A stretch of 64,000 bases of DNA from an uncultured delta proteobacterium (GTDB lineage Bacteria > Myxococcota > Myxococcia > Myxococcales > Myxococcaceae): the NCBI GenBank assembly GCA_963771175.1, contig CAVYSY010000032.1:448001-512000 (forward strand), in the 5' to 3' direction. The notes below the pieces were generated by a model. That model was not told the origin of the DNA. It worked only from the letters and a program-made list of their open reading frames with translations, and ran no database searches. Below, in pieces: positions 21,900-34,342 of this stretch. The position numbers and the translations under genes were made by a program. Numbering within the stretch: the first letter of the stretch is position 1; each line of letters begins with the position of its first letter.

Positions 21900-23804
21900 A
21901 TGCACAGCACATCCATCGTGGGAGTCGGGCTGGAGGGGACCCGGACACCGAAGCCGTCCGTCCCCTCGCCGCCCCGCCTTGGTCCATGGGCATGGGTCCT
22001 GGCGCGGCTGGACGCATGTCTCCCGGAGTCGCTGCGCCAGTCTTGTCCCGTGGAGCTCAGTCGGGGCCGGCTGCTGGTGGGCATCCTCGGGATGCTGCAG
22101 CTGCTCAACCTGCTGGTCCTGTTCTTCTACGTGCGGTTGAGCCCGGACCCGTGGCGCACCGGCTTCATCCAGATGGCGTGCCTGGTGGGCTTCACCGGAA
22201 CGCTGTGGAGACTGCGCCGGGCCTCGTCGCTCCGGTTGCCCTCGCTGGCTCTGTGCTTCCTCGTGACGGCGTCCGTGATCTCCGAGTCCTGGTTGACCGG
22301 ACAGCAGTTCGTGGCCGTGAACGTCATGGCCATGCTGGTGCCGATGCTGAGCGTGTACCTGCTGGGACTGCGCTGGGGCCTGTTCTTCACCGCGCTCATC
22401 GCCGTGAACACGGGCATCCTCCACCCCCTCGCCTTCCCGCCTCCGGGAGGCCCGATGCTGAACGCCTTCTCGGCGATCTTCGTCCTGTGCGGCTGGCTGG
22501 TGAGCTGGATGTTCCTCGCCTCGCGCGAGGGGGCACACGCGGCGCTCGAGCAGGCGCTGCGGACGATGCGCGACAGCGAGGGCAAGCTCGTCAGCCTCTT
22601 CGAGAGCACGGATGACCCGGTGTTCTCCCTCGACACGCGGGGGCGGATCATCACCACCAACCAGGCGGGGAAGGAGGAGTGCCACCAGCTCTTCGGGAGC
22701 GAGCCGACCCAGCTCGGGTCCATCTTCGACGTGCTCGCACCGGAGCATCGGACCCTCTGGAAGGAGCGGCTCGAGCAGACACTCAGTGGGCAGCGCGTCC
22801 GCTTCCAGGTGGACACCCTGGTGCAGGGCCGACTCCGGGTCATGGACATCAGCCTCAACCCCGTCTTCGGGGCCGAGGGACACCCGGTGGGGGTCACCCT
22901 CTTCGGGCGGAACATCACCGCGCTCAAGGAGGCCGAGGCCCGGCTGAGCGAGCTGCACCGCAGCCTGCTGGACGTGTCGCGCCAGGCGGGCATGGCGGAG
23001 ATGGCCACCGGCATCCTCCACAACGTGGGCAACACGCTCAACAGTGTGAACGTGTCGGCGGGGGTCATCTCCGAGCGGCTGCGCTCCCTGCGAGTGGCCG
23101 GCGTGTCCAGGGTCTCGGGGTTGCTGCGCGAGCACGCGCACGACCTGGGCGCCTTCTTCACCCAGGACCCCCGGGCCCAGCAGCTCCCCGCCTATATGGA
23201 GACGCTCTCCGAGCAGCTCGTCGCCGACCAGGAGGCGCTGCTGGCCGAGACGCGGGCGCTCAACCAGAGCGTCGAGCACATCAAGGCAGTGGTGAGCATG
23301 CAGCAGTCGCAGGCGCGCTCCTCCGGCATGCTGGAGCAGATATCGGTGCCCCAGCTCCTGGACGATGCACTGCGCCTGCACACCCTGTCCTTCGGGCGCC
23401 TGGGCATCCAGGTGCGCACCGAGTACGCCGCGGTGCCGCCCGCGATGGTGGATCGGCACAAGCTGCTTCAAATCCTGCACAACCTGCTGACCAACGCGCG
23501 GCACGCGGTGCTCGACAACGGCGGACCGGACAAGCTGATCTCCGTCCGCGTGGCACAACACCCCCAGGGGTGGCTGCGCATCGAGGTGACCGACAACGGC
23601 GTGGGCATCCGGCCGGAGCACCTGCCGCGCATGTTCACCCAGGGCTTCACCACGAAGAAGGATGGGCATGGCTTCGGCCTGCACATCAGCGCGCTGGCGG
23701 CCGAGGAGATGGGCGGCTCGCTCACGTGCGCGAGCGCGGGCACGGGCCAGGGAGCGACCTTCTCCATCGAGCTCCCCCTCGAGGGCCAGGAGCCCAGGGA
23801 CTGA
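21900..23804 (+). CDS. Membrane-bound PAS histidine kinase
   Basis: Several TM helices, PAS, GMAEMATGILHNVGN, DNGVGI, GFTTKKDGHGFGL. Confidence 0.88.
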   Translation: MHSTSIVGVGLEGTRTPKPSVPSPPRLGPWAWVLARLDACLPESLRQSCPVELSRGRLLVGILGMLQLLNLLVLFFYVRLSPDPWRTGFIQMACLVGFTGTLWRLRRASSLRLPSLALCFLVTASVISESWLTGQQFVAVNVMAMLVPMLSVYLLGLRWGLFFTALIAVNTGILHPLAFPPPGGPMLNAFSAIFVLCGWLVSWMFLASREGAHAALEQALRTMRDSEGKLVSLFESTDDPVFSLDTRGRIITTNQAGKEECHQLFGSEPTQLGSIFDVLAPEHRTLWKERLEQTLSGQRVRFQVDTLVQGRLRVMDISLNPVFGAEGHPVGVTLFGRNITALKEAEARLSELHRSLLDVSRQAGMAEMATGILHNVGNTLNSVNVSAGVISERLRSLRVAGVSRVSGLLREHAHDLGAFFTQDPRAQQLPAYMETLSEQLVADQEALLAETRALNQSVEHIKAVVSMQQSQARSSGMLEQISVPQLLDDALRLHTLSFGRLGIQVRTEYAAVPPAMVDRHKLLQILHNLLTNARHAVLDNGGPDKLISVRVAQHPQGWLRIEVTDNGVGIRPEHLPRMFTQGFTTKKDGHGFGLHISALAAEEMGGSLTCASAGTGQGATFSIELPLEGQEPRD

Positions 23805-23820
23805 CGCCCGCGCGCGAGCG

Positions 23821-24456
23821 CTACCGGATGTGGGACGGGTCGTCCGGCACCACCCACAGGTACAGGGTGGTCCCGTCGGATTCGACGGTGCGCTCCGGTT
23901 CCCAGCCCTCGATGTCGAAGGCATGCGAGACGATGCGCGTCCCCGGCTTCAGCTCGCCCAGCAGCTTCGGCTTGAGCTGGGTGTTGACGCTCGGCAGCAG
24001 GTACATCGTCACCACCGTCGCGTCGCCGATGTCCGCCTTGAAGATGTCCTCCTGACGGAACTCGGCGAGGTCCTGCACGCCCTCGGCGCGAGCGTTGGCC
24101 TCGGCCTCCTGGATGCGCTCGGGGTTGATGTCGATGCCCACCCCGTGCACGCCGTACCGCTTCGCCGCGGTGATGACGATACGCCCGTCTCCCGAGCCCA
24201 GGTCATAGAGCACGTCCCCCGGCTTCACGTCGGCCAGCTCCAGCATGTCGTCCACCACCTGCTGCGGGGTGGGCACGTACGGCACGTCCGGCGGCTTTTC
24301 GGGCAGGTCCGAACGTCCCAGGTTGTACGGCACGTACAGGGGCGCCGCGGATTCATCCTGGTCCTGGTTCTGGTCCTGTGACTGAGCCAGCGCCGAGAGC
24401 CCCAGCGCGCCCACGCCCATCAGCGCTACACCGAACGCGGCTTTCCGAATCTCCAT
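23821..24456 (-). CDS. Class I SAM-dependent methyltransferase with signal peptide
   Basis: DVPYVPTP, LYDLGSGDGRIVI, VTMYLL, GTRIVSH; signal MEIRKAAFGVALMGVGALGLSALA; GGAGG RBS. Confidence 0.85.
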   Translation of the reverse strand: MEIRKAAFGVALMGVGALGLSALAQSQDQNQDQDESAAPLYVPYNLGRSDLPEKPPDVPYVPTPQQVVDDMLELADVKPGDVLYDLGSGDGRIVITAAKRYGVHGVGIDINPERIQEAEANARAEGVQDLAEFRQEDIFKADIGDATVVTMYLLPSVNTQLKPKLLGELKPGTRIVSHAFDIEGWEPERTVESDGTTLYLWVVPDDPSHIR

Positions 24457-25887
24457 GTCTTGCGACCTCCAGGTGAGGGGTTTCCTCGCGGGCGGGCCTT
24501 CCGCCGGTGCATGAGCGCGAGCGGAATCAGGCCCGTGGCCAGCACCACCACCCCGACAAGCGCCCCCGCTCCGGTGTACGCGAGACTCGAATAGAGGAGA
24601 TACGCGCAGGTCGCGCAGAACAGCAGCGGGGTGAGCGGGTACAGCGGCACGCGGAAGGGGCGCACCACGTCCGGCTCGCGCCGGCGCAGCACCAGCAGCG
24701 ACACGCCCGTGAGCAGGAAGAAGAACCAGAAGACGGGCGCGGTGTACTCCACCATCGTCTCGAAACCGCGCCGGGTGATGGCGCCCACGCCCACCAGGAC
24801 CAGGGCGATGGCCCCCTGCACCAGCAGCGCGTTCACCGGCGAGCCCGCGCGCGCGCTCCACCGCCCCAGCGGGGAGAACATCGGGAAGTCCCGCCCCAGC
24901 GCGTAGTGGGTGCGCGAGCCCATGAGAATGGTGGCGTTGGACGAGGTGAGCACGGCCGCGCAGATGAGGAGGCTGATGAGCCGCGCGCCCGGGGCGCCGG
25001 CCACGTGCCGCAGGAGATCCGCCGCGACCGCCTCCGATTGCCCCATGCCCGCCAGCCCCAGCGCCTTCAGGTAGGCCACATTGACCAGCAGGTAGAGGCC
25101 CGTCACGGCCACCAGGCTCCACAGCAGCGCGGACACGATGCTCCGGCGTCCCGCCATGCAGCTCGCTGGAGATGTAGGCCGCCTCGTTCCACCCTCCGTA
25201 CGTCAGCAGCACGAACACCATCGCCAGACCCCAGGCGGCATGGCGCGGCCCGTCCTGAGCCATCTCGGCGGCGGGTGGCGGCGCGGCCGGTGGGAAGAAG
25301 AGCCCCGCGACGATGACCAGCCCCAGTCCCACCACCACCATCACCGTGAGGAGGTTCTGCGTCCACTTGCCCAACCGGATGCCGGCCACGTTCAACCCGG
25401 TGAGCACCACCACCGAGAGCGCGGCGTAGATGGCGGAGGAGTGCTCGCCCAGCGGCAACAGTTGCGAGGCGTAGTCCCCGAAGATGAACCCCAGCAGCGC
25501 GATGGAGCCGGTGGGAATGACCGTCAGCCGCGCCCAGGCGAACAGGAAGGCCAACGAGTCCCCGAGTGCCCGCCGCAGGTAGTGATAGTCCCCTCCGGCG
25601 TGGGGCCAGGTGCTGGCCAGCTCCGCGTAGCACAGGGCCCCGATGAGGGAGACCAGCCCGCCGAGGCCCCACAGCAGCAGCACGGAGGCCTCGCTCGACG
25701 CGTTCGCCGCCACCATCGAGGGCGTGCGGAAGATGCCCGCCCCCACCACGATGCCCACGATGAGCGCGATGGCGTCCGCGACGCGCAGGCTCGGCAGGGG
25801 GAGCGCCGCGGACCCCTCCGGCGGAGCGGCCGTGTCGAGGCGCGCCTCGCCTGGCCGCCCCTCCCCCTGGTCCCGCTCACGCCTCAT
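24426..25887 (-). CDS. APC-family amino acid permease (apparent frameshift near 25155)
   Basis: GIVVGAGIF, GALCYAEL..HAGGDYHYL, TYGGWNEA, RPFRVPLYP, split over two frames. Confidence 0.85.
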
Positions 25888-25991
25888 CAGCTCCACCCCC
25901 TGGATGTGTGAAGGGATGGACACCTCCCGGGAACGAGGCAATGTGCCCCGCTCCACCGAGTGCTCGGCGAGGGTCCAGCGGGGCGAGCCGG

Positions 25992-26028
25992 CGTTACCGG
26001 GGTGACGCATCCGTTACCTTTCGAAACG
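25992..26028 (+). promoter_or_regulatory. Candidate CbrB-type upstream activator sites (GTTAC boxes)
   Basis: CGTTAC 25992, GTGACG 26002, CGTTAC 26012, GAAACG 26023: two imperfect inverted pairs 20 bp apart, resembling the TGTTAC CbrB box. Confidence 0.5.
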
Positions 26029-26080
26029 TCCGACGCGGTGTGGCAGGCGCCAACCCCGCGAGAACATTCATGCTGCGGCC

Positions 26081-26096
26081 TGGAATGAGCGTTGCT
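26081..26096 (+). promoter_or_regulatory. Sigma54 -24/-12 promoter element
   Basis: TGGAATGAGCGTTGCT: GG-N10-GC with TTGC. Confidence 0.6.
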
Positions 26097-26109
26097 CATG
26101 GAGGCTCGC

Positions 26110-27258
26110 GTGCGACCCCACACACCGCCTCGACCCACCTCTCTCGTCGTCCTCCTGGCCGCGATGGCGGCCCTTGTCCTTCCCACCCCGGCTCACGCCG
26201 TGAAGGTTCCGCTGGGAGAAGGCCCGGCCACGCTCAACGTCAATGTGCTGGCACAACCCTGGGTGCAGCTCTCCAAGGACGGCGCACCCGCCGGCGGCAT
26301 GGGCACGGACTTCTTCCTGAGGCGAATCCGCCTCCTCGTCTTCGGCAACGTCACCGAGCGCGTCTCCTTCTTCATGGAGACGGACCAGCCCAACCTGGGG
26401 CGTGACGGCAACTGGGACCCGGCCTTCTTCGTCCAGGATGCCTTCATCTCCGTGAAGCTCACGGAGAGCCCCCAGTTCTTCATCGACGCGGGCATGATTC
26501 TCGCCCCCTTCACCCACCACTCGCTGCAGGGCGCCGTCGCGCTCAACACGGTGGACTACCACGCCTCGCTCGTCCGCTTCCCGCGCAACGAGGGGAAGAT
26601 CTGGCGCGATGCGGGCGTGCAGTTCCGCGGCTTCGCGGGGCCGCTGCACTTCCGCCTGGGCGTCTTCAACGGCATCGAGGGCACGAAGGCCACCGACACC
26701 GCACCCGCCATCAACCCGGACGACATCCCGCGCGTGGCGACCCACATCCGCTACAACTTCCTCGGCAAGGAAGAGAGCTTCTTCTTCAACGGCATCTACT
26801 TCGCGGACGCGCCGAAGCTGTCGGTGGGCGTGGGCGCGGACTACCAGCCGCGTGCGGTGCTGGCCGCTGGCCACGAGCGGGATGACCTGAACGTGGGCGT
26901 GGACCTCTTCCTCGACTACCCCATCGCCGAGAACCAGGAGCTCGTCTTCCAGACCAATGCCTTCCGCTACTGGCAGGGCCGGGAGAACACCAACAGCGGC
27001 TTCGGCATCTTCGGCGAGTTGGGCTACCGCATCGGCATCATCGAGCCCGTCTTCTCCGCCGAGTACTTCAACGCGGACGTGGCCGACACGGACTTCCTCG
27101 CGCTGCGGCCCGGGCTCAACGTCTGGATGATGAAGCACACCTTCAACTTCAAGGCGGAGGTGGCCGTCCAGCGCCAGCAGATGCCCGCCACCGCCGCCGC
27201 CGAGGCCAGCACCACCACCGCCGTGGTCGGCACCGCCCAGCTCCAGCTCTTCTACTGA
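26110..27258 (+). CDS. Outer-membrane porin (OprO/OprP-like beta-barrel)
   Basis: Signal ending PAHA, FFLRRIRL, VQDAFIS, amphipathic beta strands, C-terminal QLFY. Confidence 0.75.
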   Translation: MRPHTPPRPTSLVVLLAAMAALVLPTPAHAVKVPLGEGPATLNVNVLAQPWVQLSKDGAPAGGMGTDFFLRRIRLLVFGNVTERVSFFMETDQPNLGRDGNWDPAFFVQDAFISVKLTESPQFFIDAGMILAPFTHHSLQGAVALNTVDYHASLVRFPRNEGKIWRDAGVQFRGFAGPLHFRLGVFNGIEGTKATDTAPAINPDDIPRVATHIRYNFLGKEESFFFNGIYFADAPKLSVGVGADYQPRAVLAAGHERDDLNVGVDLFLDYPIAENQELVFQTNAFRYWQGRENTNSGFGIFGELGYRIGIIEPVFSAEYFNADVADTDFLALRPGLNVWMMKHTFNFKAEVAVQRQQMPATAAAEASTTTAVVGTAQLQLFY

Positions 27259-27291
27259 GCCCCCTTCCCCCGAGCCCCCAGGAGACACCGG

Positions 27292-29243
<1,952 letters not shown>

Positions 29244-29270
29244 CCCACCCCCAAGGAGAAATCCCGCACC

Positions 29271-29549
29271 ATGTCCCAGAAATCCAAGGCCGATGAGCTC
29301 GAAGCCCTGGCGGCGGCGCGCTGGCGCGTGGCCGCCGTCCTCACCGCCGCCACGCTGGTTTCCTACTTCGGATTCATCCTGCTCGTCGCGTTCAACAAGC
29401 CGCTGATGGGCAAGCAGATCGCCCCGGGGCTGTCGCTCGGCATCCTCCTCGGAGCACTGGTCATCGCCACCGCCTGGGTGCTCACCGGCATCTACGTCTG
29501 CTGGGCCAACAACCGCTACGACAAGGCCCTCCACCAGTACCGCCGCTGA
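29271..29549 (+). CDS. yjcH: DUF485 (YjcH-like) small membrane protein
   Basis: [10 protein letters not shown]...[12 protein letters not shown]; lies between acs and actP. Confidence 0.88.
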   Translation: MSQKSKADELEALAAARWRVAAVLTAATLVSYFGFILLVAFNKPLMGKQIAPGLSLGILLGALVIATAWVLTGIYVCWANNRYDKALHQYRR

Positions 29550-29565
29550 GCCCGGAGCCACTCGA

Positions 29566-31189
29566 ATGAATCCACAGCAGACAACGACCTCGATCGGCGA
29601 GCCCAACGCCATCGCCATCGCTCTTCTTCCTGGCGTTCGTGGGCCTCACGCTCGCCATCACGTACTGGGCGGCGCGCAAGACGAAGACGACCTCGGAGTT
29701 CTTCACCGCGGGCGGAGGGGTGAGCGCGCCTCCAGAACGGCTTCGCGCTCGCCGGCGACTACATGAGCGCCGCGAGCTTCCTGGGCATCGCCGGCCTGGT
29801 GGCGCTCTCCGGCTTCGACGGCCTCATCTACTCGGTGGGCTGGCTGGTGGGCTGGCCGGTGGTGACGTTCCTCATCGCCGAGCCGCTGCGCAACCTGGGC
29901 AAGTACACCTTCGCGGACGTGGTGGCCTACCGGCTGAAGCAGACGCCGGTGCGCATCTCGGCCGCGGTGGGCACGCTCACCGTGGTGAGCTTCTACCTGA
30001 TCGCCCAGATGGTGGGCGCCGGCAACCTCATCCGCATGATGTTCGGCCTGTCCTACGAGATGGCCGTCTGCATCGTGGGCGTGGTGATGATCCTCTACGT
30101 GCTCTTCGGCGGGATGATCGCCACCACGTGGGTGCAGATCGTCAAGGCGGTGCTGCTGCTGGCGGGCGCGACGCGTGCTGGCGGTGATGGTGCTGGCGAA
30201 GTTCGACTTCAGCCCGCTGGAGCTCTTCCAGACGGCGGCCAACCAGTACGGCCCGGAGGTGCTGGCGCCGGGCAAGCTGGTGTCGAGCCCGATGGAGGCG
30301 GTGTCGCTGGGCCTGGCGCTGATGTTCGGCACCGCGGGCCTGCCGCACATCCTCATGCGCTTCTACACGGTGCCCAACGCGAAGGCGGCGCGCAGCTCCG
30401 TGTTCTACGCCACCGGCCTCATCGGCTACTTCTACCTGGTGACGTTCATCCTCGGCTTCGGCGCCTCGGTGCTGGTGGGCCGCGCCGCGCATCACGGGCG
30501 TGGACAAGGGCGGCAACATGGCGGCGCCCATGCTGGCCGAGGCGCTGGGCGGCACGCCCTTCCTCGGCTTCATCTCCGCGGTGGCCTTCGCCACCATCCT
30601 CGCGGTGGTGGCCGGGCTGACGCTGTCGGGCGCGGCGGCGCTCTCGCACGACCTGTGGACGAGCGTGGTGCGCAAGGGCAAGGCGCCGGAGCACGAGCAG
30701 CTCCGGGTGGCCAAGCTGGCCAGCCTCGCCCTGGGAGTTCTCGCCATCCTCCTGGGCATCCTCTTCAAGGGGCAGAACGTGGCCTTCATGGTGGGCCTGG
30801 CCTTCGCCATCGCCGCGAGCGCCAACTTCCCCGCCCTGCTGCTGTCCATGGCCTGGAAGGGCTTCACCACGCGCGGCGCGGTGGCGAGCATGATCACCGG
30901 CGCGGTCAGCGCGGTGGTGCTCATCTTCCTGTCGCCCACGGTGCAGGTGGACCTGCTGGGCAACAAGGACGCGCTCTTCCCGCTGAAGAACCCGGCCCTC
31001 GTCACCATGCCGCTGTCCTTCCTGGTGGGCTGGATGGTGTCGATGATCTCCCCCGAGCCCGAGGCGTCCGGCCGCTTCGCCGAGGTGCGGCACCGCATGC
31101 ACGTGGGTGCCGAGGTCGAGGCGTCCCACGCCACCGCCAAACCCGCGACGGAGGCTCCCGTGGCGACCCCGGACGCCCAGACCACCTGA
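29566..31189 (+). CDS. actP: Cation/acetate symporter (about 4 apparent frameshifts)
   Basis: [55 protein letters not shown]. Confidence 0.9.
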
Positions 31190-31195
31190 GCACCC

Positions 31196-31226
31196 GCGGC
31201 GGGGACGGCATCCTCGTCCCCGCCGC
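31196..31226. terminator. 12-bp stem hairpin between convergent actP and kinase genes
   Basis: gcggcggggacg-gcatcct-cgtccccgccgc. Confidence 0.65.
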
Positions 31227-31234
31227 TTCCCCCT

Positions 31235-33281
31235 TCAGTGGGACTCCTCCTGCCGGTCTGGCCTCAGCGGCAGCTCCACGATGAAGGTCGCTCCCTCGGA
31301 GGGACGACTCTCCACGCGGATGCGCCCATCCATGGCCTCGATGATCTGCTTGGAGATGAACAGCCCCAGCCCCAACCCGCCGTAGTGTCGTTCCGACACC
31401 GCGCGCCCGAAGCGGCTGAACAGGCGGGATAGGCCCTCGGGGGCGATGCCGATCCCCTCGTCCCGGATACTCAGCACGGCATGCCCCGCTTCGACCTTCG
31501 CGCGCACGTGGATGGGCCTGCCCGCGCCGTACTTGGCCGCGTTGGAGAGCAGGTTGACCAGCACCTGCTCCAACCGGAGCAGGTCCCAGTACCCGAGCAC
31601 CGGCTCCGTGGGGGGAAAGTCCACGGAGCACTCAGCCAGGGAGAACACCTCCGAGAGCCGATCCAGCACCTCGCGGATGAGCTGGGTGAGCTCCATGTCG
31701 ATGGGCTCGAGCCTCAATCGGCCAGCGGTGATGCGGCTCACGTCCAGGAGGCTGTCCACGAGCGAGGAGAGCCGGCCCACCTGCCGGGCGGCCACCGAGA
31801 GCCTCGGAGCAACGGACTCCCGACACTCCCCGGGCAAGAATCGGTCGATGAGCTGATGCTGGAGCTTGAGCGAGGTGAGCGGCGTCTTCAGCTCATGGCT
31901 CGCGATGGAGAGGAACTCGTCGCGCAGACCCACGGCCTGCCGGGTTTCTCGAAAGAGGCGGAGGTTCTCGAGGGCCATGGCCAACCGGTGGGCCAGTTCC
32001 TCCGCGAGCGCCAGGTCCTCCTCGTCGAACCGCCGCTGGGGCGGGGCGGCGGCCAGGATCATCACCCCGAAAACCTTCCCACCGGCCCGGCATCGGCACG
32101 GTCATCACGGAGTGGGCATCCAGCGCGTTCATCACGTCCAGGTGAGCGGGGCTGACGGCGAACCGTCGCCGGACCTCCGGGTTGTTGAAGTCCCGGACGA
32201 GGATCGCCTCGCCGGTGCGCACCACCCCCAGCAGAGGGCTCGTCCCACCGCCACCGGGCACGATGAACTTCATGGCCTCCTGGACGAAATCCTCCTTCGA
32301 CGGCTCCCGGTGCGCCCCGGCCAACCGTCGCAGGCTGCCGTCCTCCTCCACCACGGTCATGATGCAGTAGGTGGAGATGGTGGAGGCGGCGAGTCGGGCA
32401 ACCCGCTGGAGCATCTCCTCGGTCTTGTCCAGGCGCTCCGCGAGGAGACGACTGGCCACCGAGAGGAAACGGGCGCTTGCCTCCGCCCGCTTGCGTTGGG
32501 TGATGTCCAACACGGTGCCGATGAAGCGGCAGGGCTGGCCCCTGGCGTCGAACTTGACAGTCCCCTGGGCGGCGATCCACCGCTCGACGCCATCCTTGAT
32601 GCCGATGAGCCGGTACTCGACGTCATAGCGCCCGCCACTCTCCGCACGCAGGACCTGCTGGACGACCTGATTCGTGCGTTCCCGGTCCTCGGGGTGGATG
32701 GTGGAGAGAAACAGGTCGTAGCTCACCGGGGTCTCCGAGGACACGCCGCAGAGTTCCTTGGTCCGTGCGTCCCACAGGAGCTCGTGGGTGACCAGGTTGA
32801 AGTCCCAGGTGCCGATGGCCGCCGCCTCGACGGCCATCCGCAGGCGCTCCTCGCTCTCCCGGATGGCCTCGCTCGCGCGCTGCTGGTCGGAGATGTCCTC
32901 GACGTATACGCAGACGCCCACCACCTCCACGCCGTCATGGATGGGGTAACAGCTCAACCGGGAGCACCGGCGTTGGCCAGCGGGTGGCCGCGCCTCCCAT
33001 TCCCCGTCGAGCTTCACGAGCGGCTGACCCGTCGCGAGAACCTGATGAAGGCCATGGAGGATGGTCCGCGTGGCCTCGCCAGGCGAGAGCACGTCAGCGA
33101 GCGTCTTGCCCAGGTGCGCCTCCGCGGGCAGTCCATTCATTCCCGCCAGGGCGGCATTGATGCGCTGAATCCGGAGCTGCCGATCCAGGAAGGCAATGCC
33201 GATGGGCGCGTTCCACAGCGCCTCGAGCTGAGCCGTGGCCAGCTCGAGCCTCGGCGTCGGCTTCGGCAAAGCGTCATTCAT
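31235..33281 (-). CDS. Cytoplasmic PAS-PAS-GAF histidine kinase (apparent frameshift near 32075)
   Basis: PAS/PAC segments, [32 protein letters not shown]. Confidence 0.88.
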
Positions 33282-33510
33282 CTCCGTGCCCCATCAGCTC
33301 CGTGCCCCCATGTCGGTCTTCGTAGAGATATTCTGGAATCAACATCACTCGACCCGGGGAGGAACAATACCGAGCCCCGCATCGCACACTCGTCCCGCCG
33401 AACGAGAGGCTGTCTCTCCCGTACTCGCTCGGTAGAAGGAGGGAGGGGCGAGCGCAATACTCCCTCCATCCCATTCGCGCCCTACTCTAGATGGCTGGAG
33501 GAGCCCTGAC

Positions 33511-34194
33511 ATGCGCATCCGAACACTGTTCCTGCTCGTTCCCCATATCACCCTGTTGGCCCTCGCCGGCTGTGCTGGCTCCCAGGCAGGCACTCGCGAG
33601 GACTCCGCCACGACGGGTGGGGCCTCCCAGCAGCAAGGGATGCAGGCCATGGCCGGCATGTGCCCCATGGAGGTGCAGGGCACGAAAGTCGAGGCCGCCG
33701 ACACCGACAACGGTGCGGCGCTGACCTTCACCACCACGGGCGATGTCGCGGAGTTGCGACGGCGCGTCACCGCCATGGCGGAGAGGCACAACGCCATGGC
33801 GGAGAAGCATCAAGCCCACCACCCCGGCGGGCAAGGCATGACCGGGTGTACCTGCCCCAGGCAGGAGGGCGAGGCCAAGGCCTGCAACTGCCCCTCGCCC
33901 GGGGCCGGACCGGGGCAGGGAGGCTCCGGGTGTCCCGCCTGCGAGCAGCAGGGAGGCCAGGCTTGCCCCCACTGCCCGATGCACGGCGCTGGGGGCCCGG
34001 GCATGAAGAAGGGCATGCACATGCCCGCATCGCGCGCCACCACCGAGGAGGTGCCGGGCGGCATCCGGCTGGTGCTGACGCCCGTGGAGGCAACGCAGCT
34101 CGACGCCCTGCGCGCGAGCGTCCGCCATCACGCCGAGCGGATGGGCTCGGGCCAGTGCCCGATGATGCAGGCCCCCCCGGCGCACGGCGGCTGA
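33511..34194 (+). CDS. Cys/His/Met-rich lipoprotein, possible metal-binding protein
   Basis: Lipobox LAGC; MCPM and CPMM motifs; central CTC, CNC, CPAC, CPHC cluster. Confidence 0.7.
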   Translation: MRIRTLFLLVPHITLLALAGCAGSQAGTREDSATTGGASQQQGMQAMAGMCPMEVQGTKVEAADTDNGAALTFTTTGDVAELRRRVTAMAERHNAMAEKHQAHHPGGQGMTGCTCPRQEGEAKACNCPSPGAGPGQGGSGCPACEQQGGQACPHCPMHGAGGPGMKKGMHMPASRATTEEVPGGIRLVLTPVEATQLDALRASVRHHAERMGSGQCPMMQAPPAHGG

Positions 34195-34342
34195 ACGAGG
34201 AGCCTCCGCTCCTGGCGGGACTGGGTCTCCCCCACCGTGAAGGAGGCCGCGGAGTCCCTCTCCTACGAGGAGGCCCTCGAGAGGCTCCGCGGGGCCTGCG
34301 GTGGCGCCCCGACGGGACTGGGCGCCTGGGTGCCCTGAGGGT

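Noticed and set aside
20262..23924. Long antisense ORFs (e.g. 1220 aa here; also 6590-8803 and 56452-58719)
   Set aside because: Shadow ORFs typical of high-GC coding DNA; the opposite strand carries the recognisable proteins
23821..26010. 729-aa permease-methyltransferase fusion in the ORF track
   Set aside because: Produced by an indel near 25155; the permease continues in another frame to 24426 and the MTase has its own RBS and signal peptide
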